Assembly (NCBI RefSeq): GCF_006345805.1
Contig: NC_043009.1
Location: 66,526,001 to 66,590,000 of the forward strand
Source: Octopus sinensis
Lineage: Eukaryota
Direction of reading: 5' to 3'
Length of the DNA stretch: 64,000 nt
Of the stretch, positions 52,344 through 64,000 are shown piece by piece. Below the pieces are notes generated by a model. It was given only the letters and a program-made list of their open reading frames with translations, ran no database searches and was not told where the DNA came from. Position numbers and translations under genes: made by a program. Numbering within the stretch: the first letter of the stretch is position 1; every line of letters begins with the position of its first letter.

Positions 52344-53374
52344 GGAACAAAAACGCAATAGAAAACATTAAAAAGCATTCGGACAGATGGACGATACAAA
52401 GGCGGACAAGAGAAACAACAATTTGAAGAACAGGCAAAAAACGACGGGTCATTCGTGGCTGTCTTTCCTCAGTCAAGTTCCAGAAGTCACGACCATTTCG
52501 AGCAGTTGAGATGATTCGATCTGGTTGCCCAGCGATCACCATGTAAATGGCCAAGGAGAATAAGAGAGAGAGTGTGTATCTGTGTCGCCTTTTATTAATC
52601 TCTCTCTCCCTCCCTCTCTATCTATCTATGTTTCTATCTCTATCTATCTATGTATTTATCTATTTATCTATCTGTCTGTCTGTTTGTCTATCTATCTGGC
52701 TATCTGTTTTGTGTATCTCACCATTTTCAGTTTGTCTCTATTCCTCTTATGGAATTGTTGTTATTCAGAATGTGAAAAGGCGATCGTCTGCTGTCTTCGC
52801 AACTTGATTGGCACATCTTCTGCCCATGGTATTGTTGCGTCTTCGTTATCATATTTCTTCTGATTAATGTTCATTAATGTTGCAGAGTTCCGTCACATTT
52901 CCACGAAAAGTTGTTACGAGAGAATGATGCTTTGTTTTGCTTTGAGTAATGTGGGACATAGAGACAACTAAAAATCGAAGAAAACTGAATACATCAATGT
53001 GAGCGAGAGACAGACAGACAAAGACAGGCAGACAGACAGATACACGCACACACAGAGGGAGATAGTTGCACGTAAACAATGAAGGCCATTATTTAATAAA
53101 GAATTCAATATATTTCAAATGTGAATAGTATATTCCTTTATTCATAAGATGGCACGCAAAACGTTTCAATGTATCACCACAGTTTTTGAGGTCGTCAAGT
53201 AGGAGATCTCTTGAGAGAAGGAAATAATATAGATTCGAACGGTTCACGAATTGTAAGATTAACACCATGATTGTGTGTATATTTGTGTTTTGCGATGCAT
53301 GCATGTATGCGTGTAGGAATATACATACATACATACATACATACATACATACATACATACATACATACATACAT

Positions 53375-53419
<45 letters not shown>

Positions 53420-53426
<7 letters not shown>

Positions 53427-54325
53427 AACAGTGTGAAGAAGATAGTAACATTGACATGTAGCGAAGCCTCTGTTGGACTTGTGACCACTGCATCACACCA
53501 CACTTCAAAAGCTATGCATTTGCAATCAAAGAACAGGAGATTGCTACAGAATACCTAATAAACAAAAGAGACCCTAAATCCCTTGGAGTTCCAAGATACA
53601 ACTGTGAATGTAGATTATGACATCCCACATGTGGTTATCAGCTGACCAAAAATGTCATCAAGACACTACCTCCCTATGCGACACAATGTTGTTGCAAATA
53701 CAATATACAACGCCATCTGGAAAGAAGACTGTCCTGGAATAAATATAGAGAATCCCCTGGTTTTTTAAAGCATACAAAAACACCAATACAAGGAATACGG
53801 GTGGAACATTCTCATCAAAACACTTATCAAGTGTGAACATAACAGGCTGGATATTGTTGTTTGGGACGGACAAGAAAAAGTATGTAGCATCATAGAGGTC
53901 AGCTGTCCTGCTGACGTGAATACCGATTTGAAAGAAGGTAACTATGGACAGCTGCTTGGAAACCTCCAGTTTCTATATCCAGAGAATAAATCCACATTTA
54001 TACCAATAATAATTGGCGCACTTGGTTTTGTGAGTAAATACCTTAACCGACATTCTGGATAAGCTTGGATTTTCAGAAAAAGAAATCGACCAACAAACTT
54101 ACACTTTACAAATACAATCTGTGAGCGGAACAGTAAAGATATGCAAGTCTTTTCTCAGGTTTAAAATGTGATGTTGTTTTCGATATCTACATTCCAACGA
54201 TGGGGCTTTGTATCTTTGGTTCGAAACCAGCTCCTTCCTCAGAGGAAGAATTCAAATGATTAAATACAGAAGAGACGTACATACATCTACCGTGAATCCT
54301 CGTAAAATCGTAGTAATAATAAGAA
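53420..54325 (+). mobile_element. Degraded RLE-type non-LTR retrotransposon 3' fragment
   Basis: Manual translation: FAIKEQEIATEYL, CECRL.., MRHNVVA, HNRLDIVVWD..CSIIEVSCPAD..FIPIIIGALG, ending KSFLRFKM*. Many frameshifts. Confidence 0.75.
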
Positions 54326-54549
54326 AGATGTCCGGTTTAGCTGATTGTCCGAGTTAACCGATAATAGGTGTTAATATTGCAAGCGTATACCATAGTTAGA
54401 AAATAAAAGAAAATACTAGAAATCCCATACGATTAAATAAACCTTAGCTAAATATTGCAGATTTGACATTGTAGTTTTTGATGTCACTGTGAGTTGCTTC
54501 ATAAAATTATTTAACAATATGTAAAAGCGTGAAGCACTGAAACTGCAAA

Positions 54550-55600
54550 TGTCTAATTTCATTTGCCCTTGGCAATTCTTTTGTAGCATCAGCTTCGCTT
54601 GTTCTCTGATGTATCCAAAGAAACTCGTTTATCTCGAACCCTTAAAAATGGTATTCTACCTTCACATAGAACAGAACTTTCTCCAAGCATTGGTTAGAGT
54701 GATAGACGCCTGTGCCTTCCAAGAAACTCAGCTGAAGATTGAAAAACTTGAGATAGTAGTTTTTGATGTTACTGAGAATTGTTTGCTCACGTTTCTTTCC
54801 TAAGGTCGTTGGTAGAATCTCGAATAAATTACAAAATATATTTTGGTACATTGACTGTATCATGAATTTAACACTGATTGACAACAACATGTACTTAATT
54901 TTTTTACCATCATTGCTGACGAGTTACCAACTTACCTGTGAGAATGAACATGCTGCCCCAAAATGTGTTGTCCCTTCGCTAAGTCAGCAGAAAGTTTGAG
55001 GAAAGCTTTTCGGAATCGACGTAACAGAAGAATGAATAATTATTTACCAAAGATATGCATCATTGATTACGATTTCTCAGAATAGTAATAGCACACTACC
55101 AGCTGGTGTATTGTGGAGTTGATGAGCTCTATATTACTAAGAATTTTAAAGGAAGCATATTGTCTGTGTCCGCACAATACAACCTAGAAAAAAACCTTCC
55201 TTACTTGGTTTGCGACCATTCTTAAATGCTTGTGTATTACGAAGCAGTGACCACGTGTACAACCCAGATTCAACCTCGTTATACATTTGAGAAATTAGGA
55301 TCCATTCACACTTAATTAAATCATTTAACCTCTTCCTGAAAAGTTCCATTTCCTCGGTTGGTGTAACATTCCATGTTTCACAATGAGTAATTTTATTACC
55401 GATTCTATGACAATTTCTAAATTTCCATAACCATTCGTCACTAACTTCGAAATTCTTGATGTTATATGCCAGTTCATTTAGAAATAACCTTTAGAATTCC
55501 TACAAAACGAACGTTGGTACTTGAGAATTCTTGAAGAACAAACTTCTTCATCATTGCTTCCTCAAGGCTTGTATTTTTTACTTCTCTATCTCTCTCTCTT

Positions 55601-55640
<40 letters not shown>

Positions 55641-55870
55641 CTTTCTTTCATAAACAGATACTGACTGAGAATTTTCATTTATTTATATTTCAAAGAAAGT
55701 ATAAAAAGATTATCTGTAATTGTGCATTCTGTTCGAAATATCGCTTTTTTAATGTCATACATTTTACAAATTTTTGCCTCCGAAGCACCAGCATTTAACT
55801 CCCTTTCAAATTCCAGTTTGTTTGGGAAATTACAAGCTTCTGTTTTTAGATTAATACTCACACTTTAAGA
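54550..55870 (-). mobile_element. Decayed pogo/Tigger (CENP-B-like) transposase remnant
   Basis: KLEFERELNAGASEAKICKMYDIKK (HTH_psq-like, 55679-55861), SDEWLWKFRNCHRI (CENP-B HTH-like) and QMYNEVESGLY (YNADETGL-like, 55146-55349). Interrupted by (CT)n at ~55585-55640. Confidence 0.75.
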
Positions 55871-56009
55871 AACGGCGCGGTTGAATACAGCGTGATCACG
55901 GGAACACAAGTTATATTGTGTGTTCTGCTGGCTTTAATCACAACGAGTGCGTGGTTCGCTGCTAATCTTACTAATTCTGATAAGGATCACTGAATGTTTC
56001 TAACACACC

Positions 56010-56126
56010 AGATCCCTGGCCGGGTAGTGTCATCGAGAAGCGCTGCCCATTCGGGATAAGTTCTACAGACATGGCTCGAGAAACACCAGGCCAACCTGCC
56101 CGAGATGCGGTCAGAGCGACGAAACC
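56010..56126 (+). mobile_element. ~115-bp internal Tx1 ORF2 fragment bracketed by a 30-bp perfect inverted repeat
   Basis: Translates RSLAG*CHREALPIRDKFYRHGSRNTRPTCPRCGQSDET, matching copies A and B. 55990-56019 is the exact reverse complement of 56125-56154. Confidence 0.88.
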
Positions 56127-56362
56127 AGGGATCTGGTGTGTTAGAAACATTCAGCTACTTCGACCTAACTTAATCATTGGTTTTGATTTTGTATAATTTG
56201 ATTTGAAAATAAATAGCACTCAGGTTCAATATCGAGGTTAGCACAAGGGAAATGAGGAATAATCTCGATTATGTTTAATAAATCTTCGAGAAATTTCTGC
56301 ACAGAAATTTTCGCCACGAAAAGGTATCTCTTGCAAGGGAAGTAAGTAAAAAAGGAATGAGT

Positions 56363-56435
<73 letters not shown>

Positions 56436-56544
56436 CAGACAGACATACAGACAGTCAAGCAGGCAGGCAGAAAGACTGACAGACAGACAGATAGACTGAC
56501 AGACAGACAGATAGATAGTTAGATTGACAGACAAACAGACAGCC

Positions 56545-56605
<61 letters not shown>

Positions 56606-56606
<1 letters not shown>

Positions 56607-58455
56607 GTTTCTTTATTGGCCACACAGGGCTGCACACAGATGGGACAAGTTACAAGGTAGAGCTTTTCTTTTGGGGGATGAAGAGAACAAAAAGCAAAAG
56701 AAAAAAAAAGGAAGGTGGCGTAGGTTTTCGATCAAGAGATATCGTAAAAGGGAAGAAAAGAACAAAAACAAAAATAAAAATTGAATAAAATAAAAAGAAT
56801 AAAAAGAAAAAAAAGGGAAAAGGAAAAGGAACAAAAGGTAAGAGAAATGAAAAAAGAAGAAAAAAGGGGAAAAAAGGGGAAGAGGGAAAACAAGAACGAT
56901 CAATAGGGATCGTGTATCACAGTGTTATGATATATGGTGTAAAGGGGAAAGCAAGTAAGGTTTATCCGTGGGAAGAAAAGCCTACGAAAAAGACCACGGT
57001 AACCTTGGTCAATATTGTTATATGTTACCACATTTGTTTGCAAGTGGGTAACCCTCTGTTTTCAATTTCTGGGTTCATAGGATTATGCTCAAGGTGGCTT
57101 CGTCATTCATACGTGCCATCCTTGCTACATTCACCCATCTTTTTTTAAAACATTCGCTAGACAAAACTTGCCTCTCTACTCTCACTTTCCTTTTCAAGTG
57201 GTACTTGAAGAAGTTGATGAGAGATTGACCAGAGAGGAAAGTGTTTGTCTCCAATCCTTTCAGACGCGTCCACCAGATACATTCTTTCGCCATAGCCACA
57301 AGGATGATGAAAATAGCTCTTCCTTCCCGTTTGAAGGAAGGAGGCGTGACAATATTGACGATAGACTCAGCTGATAAACCGACTCGTCCCACACGTGACA
57401 GCAGTTGTTCGACATAAGCCCACAGGTCGGAAATTGTTGGACACTGCACGAGTGCGTGCAGAACGGTTTCGTCGCTCTGCCCGCATCTCGGGCAGGTCGG
57501 CCCCGTGTTTCTCGAGCCGTGTCTGTAGAGCTTATCCCGAACGGGTAGCGCTTCTCGGTAGCACTGCCAGGCCAGGGATCTCTGGAAGTTGTCCATGGGC
57601 CCTGGCCCGAAAGTCGTCCTGAACAGGCGGGTCAGGTACTCCTCGTCGACGTCCAGGTTCGCCCCGAGCTCGTCGTCGTACCTCCCCTCCACTAATCCCC
57701 TATAGAATGCTTTGGTTGTGTTGAAGTCACTCAAGGTCGATCCGGGACGGCAGAGTTGCTTGAGAGCAACGCGACACTCGCGGTGCCAATCGCCCTTCCT
57801 CGGCCTCTTTTTGATCCACGACTGCAGTTCGGTCATGGAGACGAGCTGCGGGAAAGCGTGCCTCACAAACGGCGTCCACACCTGTTCACCGTCGTCTACA
57901 TAGAGCCAGAGATGTCGCAGTCTCAGCGCGTGTCTGCGCATCATCAACCACGGCATGCCCAGCCCTCCTTTTAGCGGGTGTTGACAGCAAATGGATCGCC
58001 TGACCATCGGGATGCATCCTTTTCACAAGAAGCGAATGAAAATGCGTTCTAGTTTGGTGATGGTAGGGTCGGGACAAGGCACGACAGTCAGGCGGTAGTA
58101 GATGACGGACGCGATTTCGCCACCTCCACCCGACCTTTTCGGGGTAGTTTCCTCTCGGCCCATTGCCGGGCGAGTGTGTCACCCTACTCGTTATCTCGTT
58201 CCAGTTCTTCTCCACTTGGAGGTCCGGACCAAACCAGACCCCGAGCAACTCAACCGGGCCGTCGGTCCAGCGTCCCACGACGGAGGCGCTGGTGGACGGC
58301 ATGGGCTTGCTTCTCCAGGTGCCTAGTCGCAAGCCCACTGACTTTTCCCGGTTGATTTTCGCTCCTGTCACCGATTCGTAGTTTTTCAGTGTCTCACCGA
58401 CCTGCTCGATGTGCTCGTGGCTAGACACTATGACGGTGACGTCGTCCGCGTATGC

Positions 58456-58456
<1 letters not shown>
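56606..58456 (-). mobile_element. 5'-truncated Tx1-type LINE (copy A) inserted in a (GATA)n/(TATC)n tract
   Basis: ORFs 57886-58428 and 57075-58007 encode the RT C-terminus from [27 protein letters not shown] and CPRCGQSDETVLHALVQCP. 3' tail GTGTGGCCAATAAAGAAACT. (TATC)n on both sides. Confidence 0.93.
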
Positions 58457-58538
<82 letters not shown>

Positions 58539-58675
58539 CAGACAGGCTGGCAGGCAGGCAGACAAACTGACAGACAGATAGACAGAGAGACAGACAGACA
58601 GACAGATAGATTGACAGACAGACAGATAGATAGTTAGATAGACAGACATACAGGTAGACAGACAGACAGACAGAC

Positions 58676-58756
<81 letters not shown>

Positions 58757-58859
58757 TACAGACAGTCAAGCAGGCAGGCAGGCAGAAAGACTGACAGGCA
58801 GACAGATAGACTGACAGACAGACAGATAGATAGTTAGATAGACAGACAAACAGACAGAC

Positions 58860-58916
<57 letters not shown>

Positions 58917-60071
58917 TGTTTCTTTATTGGCCACACAGGGCTGAACACAGAGGGGGCAAAATACAAAGTAGAGCTTTCTGTTAGGGAAAAGAAGAAAGAA
59001 AAAAAAAGTGGGATTAGAAACTCGATCAAAAGGGATCATGGAAAAAAAAATTCGATGAATAGGGATCGTGTATCACACAAATGTCATAATGTAAAACGAG
59101 GAAAGAGATAATCCGTGGGAAGAAAAGCCTACAGAAAAGACTACGGTAACCTTGGGCAATAGTGTCATGCAAAAAGAAAACACATTACAGTAAGTGGCTC
59201 TCTTTTTTACTTTCTTTTTCTTTTTTTTTTTTGGTTCATAGGATTATGCTCAAGCTGGCTCCGTCATTCGCACGTGCCATCCTAGCTACATTCACCAATC
59301 TTGTTTTGAAAAGTTCATTAGACAAAACTTGCCTCTCTACTCTCACCTTCCTCTTCAAGTTGATGAGAGATTGGCCAGAGAGAGGAAAGTATCTCTAGTC
59401 CTTTCAGACGCGTCCACCATACACATTCATTCGCCGTAGCCACAATTACGATGAAAATGGCTCTTCCTTCCCGTTTCAAGGAAGGAGGCGCAACAATATT
59501 CATGATAGACTCGGTTGATAAACTGACTCGTCGCACACTCGATAGCAGTCGTTCGACATCGGCCCACAGGTCGGAAATGGTTGGACACTGTATGAGTGCG
59601 TGCAGAACGGTGTCATCGCTCTGACTACATCTCGGACAGGTCGGTCCCGTGTTTCTCGAGCCATGCCTGTAGTGCTTATCCCGAACGAGTAGCGCTTCTC
59701 GATGGCACTACCCGGCCAGGAATCTCTGGAAGTTGTCCATAGGTCCCGGCCTAAAAGTCGTCTTGAACAGGCGGGTCAGATATTCCTCGTCGACGCACAG
59801 GACGCCTCGAGATTGTCGTCGTGCCTCCCCTCCACTAATCCCCTATAGAATGCTTTGGTTGTGTTGAAATCACTCAAGGTCGACCCGTGACAGCATAGTT
59901 TCTTGAGAGCAACGCGACACTCGCGGTGCCATTCGCTCTTCCTCGGCCTCTATTTAATCCGCGAATGCAGTTCGGTCGTGGAGACGAGCTGCGGGAAAGC
60001 GCACCTCACAAACGGCGACCATACCCGTTCACCGTCGTCTACGTAGAGCCGGAGATGTCACAGTCTCAGCG
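58917..60071 (-). mobile_element. 5'-truncated, degraded Tx1-type LINE (copy B) with its 3' end in (TATC)n
   Basis: Homologous to copy A from RLRHL through the zinc finger region (ORF 59318-59536 RRVSLSTESIMNIVAPPSLKREGRAIF). 3' tail GTGTGGCCAATAAAGAAACA abuts (TATC)n at 58916. Confidence 0.9.
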
Positions 60072-60595
60072 GCCTCTGTGGTTTATCGCTCACCACCACT
60101 TGTTGGTGTTGGTGTGTTTATGTTTCATTTTTACAAAACTAAGTACTGAGGACGATTGAGTGGATTAAAAATTCTCCAAGGTGGCGCCCCCACCATGGCC
60201 ACAGTCTAATGACTAAAACATATAAAAGACAGCGAAAATGCATTCGACAAATGTAGTCTAAGACATATACAAATACGGGAAGGTCAAGGCTGGAATGCCT
60301 ACGACAGTGGGTCTGCTTGTTTAGAGCTGACCCCGGGCTAAACACAAATCACAACATACTGACTATGCAAAACTTTCAACAACATCTCAGAATGAATACG
60401 AAAAGAGATTATAAAAGACAATGGTTAGTATCTCCATTGTAGCACAACAGACAACAGCATGCATGGTTGAGTCGAGCATTGTAATCTTATTAGAAGCAAC
60501 AGAATGGCTGTATGTATGTATGTGTGTATGTGTGTATGTATGTATGTATGTATGTATGTATGTATGTATGTATGTATTTATGTACGAACGTATGA

Positions 60596-60627
<32 letters not shown>

Positions 60628-61033
60628 GTATATGTATATATATGTATATATATATATATATGTATGTATGTATATATATATGTATATATATATAAAATAT
60701 TATTAGAGACATATATATACACATACACACGCACACACACACAAGTATGCACGCGTGCGTGTGCCTTGTTTTCTTAACACTATCGATATGTGCGTGCATG
60801 TATACGCACACAAACACACGCATACACACATGTGTATATGTACATATGTATGTGTGTGTGTTTGTACACATATATATATATATTTATGCATATATACTCA
60901 TATATGTACATTTGTACGTATATTGTATGTATATTCATTACAATCTCAACATTATGTATGTGTATATATATATATATATGCATTTATATGTATATAATAT
61001 ATATATATACATGTATATATATGTATGTATATG

Positions 61034-61065
<32 letters not shown>

Positions 61066-61583
61066 ATATTATATATATATATATATATATGTTAAAAGGA
61101 AGTCACTAAAATATCTATTTTCACAAAACATAGATTGTTTATTTTGTTCTATGGTTATGAAATATGGCCATTAATATTCAAAACAGTTGAAGTGGTTCCA
61201 CCATATGCGTGTTTACCATTCTTTTTTCTTTTATATACAACCATACGCCACCCCCACCGCACCCACTTATCGCGTTTCAGTAGCGTCACGTTTCAGGAAT
61301 AGCTTGCCACAACATCAAATTCCGTAACGTGAATTATGCTATTCGTTGATTTCCGTATTTTTCCGGCTTCCACGTATCATCAAAATCAATAGGAAAATTC
61401 CAAAAGAACCTCTTGAAAAGCCTTTAAATCAGATCTGAAAAAGGCAAGGTAATATTGAAAGTGAAAGTTGTGAAGATGGAGTAACATTAAACACAAAGTG
61501 TCGAAACATGGTGACAGGAAGCGTTTTAAAGAGGCAAAACTGGAACATGTGGCTAGCAAAAGTAACCGTATGGATCTATTATC

Positions 61584-61957
61584 TATTTCTTTATTGTCCA
61601 CAGGGGGCTAAACATGGAGGGGAGAAACAATGACAGATAAAGGGATTATGTTGATTACATCGACCCCAGTGCGTATCTGGTACTTATTTAATCGACCCCA
61701 GAAGGATGAAAGGCAAAGTCGACTTCGGCGGAATTTGAGCTCATAACGTAGCGGCAGAGGAAATACCTATATTTTTACAACCCACAAGGGGCTAAACACA
61801 GAGAGGACAAACAAGGATAGGCAAACGGATTAAGTCGATTATATCGACCCCAGTGCTTGACTGGTACTTATTTAATCGACCCCGAAGGGATGAAAGGCAA
61901 AGTCGACCTCGGCGGAATTTGAGCTCAGAACGTAGCGGCATGCTCACGTTTCTGCCA
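61584..61957 (-). mobile_element. Nested dimer of Tx1-tailed SINE
   Basis: Internal junction AAAAATATAG|GTATTTCCTC at 61767/61766. The outer boundaries are flanked by GATAA(C/T)AGATC (61958-61968 and 61573-61583). Confidence 0.85.
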
Positions 61958-63449
61958 GATCTGTTATCTTTTACTTGCTTCAGTCATTGGACTGCGGCCA
62001 TGCTGGGGCATTATCTCGAAGGGGTTCAGCCACACAAATCTACTCCAATGTTTGTTTATAAGTTTGGTACTTATTCTATCAAACTCTTTTGCTGAAGCGA
62101 TAAGTTGCAGGGACATAAAGAAGCCAACACCGGTTGTCAAGTGGTGGGGCGAGGGCTGACACAACCAGTATTATACATACATACACGCACTCGCACTTAT
62201 ATGTGGGTCAATATTAGTCTGAAAAGATATATGTACGCATTCACCATCCATTGACAAAATTCTGCATGGCATTTAATCGAAAGGAGATATACCCATACAT
62301 ACACAAATCTACGATTATATATATATATGTGTGTGTATGTTTGTGTACGTGTGTTTGTATGCGTGTGTCTATGTGTGTGTGTGTATGTGTTTGTGTGTTT
62401 GTGTAACAATACGTACACAGTTTTAAGTTTAGTATTTATTCTATCTTCTCAACACTGGTTGTCGAGAGGTAAGAGACAAATTAGAGCATACCCTTCGGTC
62501 ATGAATGACCATGGGATTGCACCTAGAAAGTTCCCCTCCGAGACACAAGTCTGGGCAATGTTGTTTATGGAAGACCAGCAGTCGCCCATTCATATCACTC
62601 ATGTTATCTGAGGGAAAGGCAAAAGGGCCGATACAGCTTGGCACCAGTGACGTTGCAACTCATTTCTACAGCTGAGTGAACTGGAGTAACGTGAAATAAA
62701 GATGTTTTGCTCAAGAACACAACACGCAGCCCGGTCCAGGAATCGAACTCACAACCTCACGATCATAAACTCGACCATCTAACCACTGAGCCATAAAACA
62801 AATACAAGCACAAAATCCCACATACACATGCACACATACTTAGATACATATAAACACGTATATTTACATATACAGCTACACATATCAAACATAAACACAC
62901 ATGCATACGCACACCTGATTGTCAGATTTTACCGTTTCACATCTTCAGTTTACTGAGAGCAACTCCTTTTATTCGAAGGTGACATATTATTCTTATGCAG
63001 ACAATTCCTGTAAATTATTGAAAGTGTTTTACACATATTTCATACGCAGTTTACGTTCAACAAGCAAATATCTCTGGAAAAGAAATCTATATGTAATTAA
63101 TTCAAAAAATACACATATTTGATTTTTTTTTCAGTCTTTTTAACTTACATATAGAATTCAATCACAAAAATAAAAAGTTTCTTGGTTGAAATCAATAAAT
63201 AAAAACAACAAAACACTAAAAAGAAAAAAATGGTGGTACAAGTGATTTTGTTGGATTTGCAGTTTTTATTCAGAAATGGATCAAAATTTAGCTGCTTTAC
63301 CTTCTTCTTGCTTCTAAACAATTAATCACAGCCATTACTGGTATGCTGGCTTACATTCTTCGTTTAGAATTTAGGTTGTTATATGGAAGTCGTGCTAAAG
63401 CTTGTGTTATTTCACTAAAGCTTTTTAGATAAGATCACATCCTGTCTAT

Positions 63450-64000
63450 TTGAATTAGAGACTAGTTTCTGTTCACTTTATAAACGTTGTCTTCTTGTTT
63501 GCATGACTGTATGTCCTGAATATCACATACCTCATCTTCTTCGTATCCCACTCTCCGTACCATTCACACAAGCTTGAGACCGTTTCATCGTCTGCCCTGT
63601 TGTTTTACTTTCTTACATTTAAACAATCTTTTTATTGCGAACTGTAGGGTATCTTTTGTGGTTTCATTGCTTGCATAACGATTTCTTTTTCTCCAGAAAC
63701 GTATGACACACTGTAATCAACTGACTTATACTTCTTCGGGGGTTATACGCAGTAAAAGCTGAAATAACTCTCTGAACCATTGGTTGTAATGATGCGGTTG
63801 TGTTTGGTAAAATGAAAATGACTGCAGCATGTCTGTATGTTTGAAGTGAATTAAGCTTTGACTGATAACCGTGAGCGTTGACAGAAAGCAGATATTCTGT
63901 GGCTCGTAACTTTTGATTGCAGAGCATAAATGTTCAACGAACCAACATTCAGTCAAGAAAAACAAATTCCATGTAAGTAAATCTTAGATTTCCTTATAAC
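63450..64000 (-). mobile_element. Decayed pogo/Tigger DDE-domain remnant
   Basis: ORF 63664-63927 LLSVNAHGY..IFILPNTTASLQPMVQRVISAFTAY resembles the DDE_1 motif FLPPNTT..LQPMDQGVI..FKA.Y. Confidence 0.75.

Noticed and set aside
55990-56154. 30-bp inverted repeat as classical MITE TIRs
   Set aside because: No target-site duplication, and the arms include Tx1 coding sequence, which fits template switching better.
1-64000. Dozens of ORFs made of [12 protein letters not shown], poly-V, poly-H, poly-D or poly-E runs
   Set aside because: They are translations of di-, tri- and tetranucleotide microsatellites, with no domain content or splice support.

Overview
Repeat-dominated animal genomic DNA. 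The SINE types and very high microsatellite density suggest an octopus or other cephalopod; this is inference, with no database search. I found no host protein-coding exon, rRNA, true tRNA or CRISPR array, and most listed ORFs are microsatellite artefacts. The window holds one full-length but frameshifted Tx1-type (L1 superfamily) non-LTR retrotransposon (13631-18990), two 5'-truncated Tx1 copies in (GATA)n tracts, three R4/Dong-type restriction-like-endonuclease (RLE) LINE fragments, CR1 and Jockey/I-like LINE remnants, mariner and pogo/Tigger transposon remnants, many tRNA-derived SINEs, and hammerhead-like cores. The main observation is a candidate self-targeting LINE/SINE system. The full-length Tx1 sits in a 15-bp target duplication GTATTTCGTCTG(T/C)CG between the A and B boxes of a tRNA-derived SINE. 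A chimeric version of that SINE has exchanged its own tail for the ~45-nt Tx1 3' tail. Seven of its eight tail junctions join directly to GTATT, mostly the same site inside another SINE copy, building nested arrays. A related Tx1 lineage with a similar tail targets (TATC)n instead. I cannot check whether these families are already in Repbase or Dfam.
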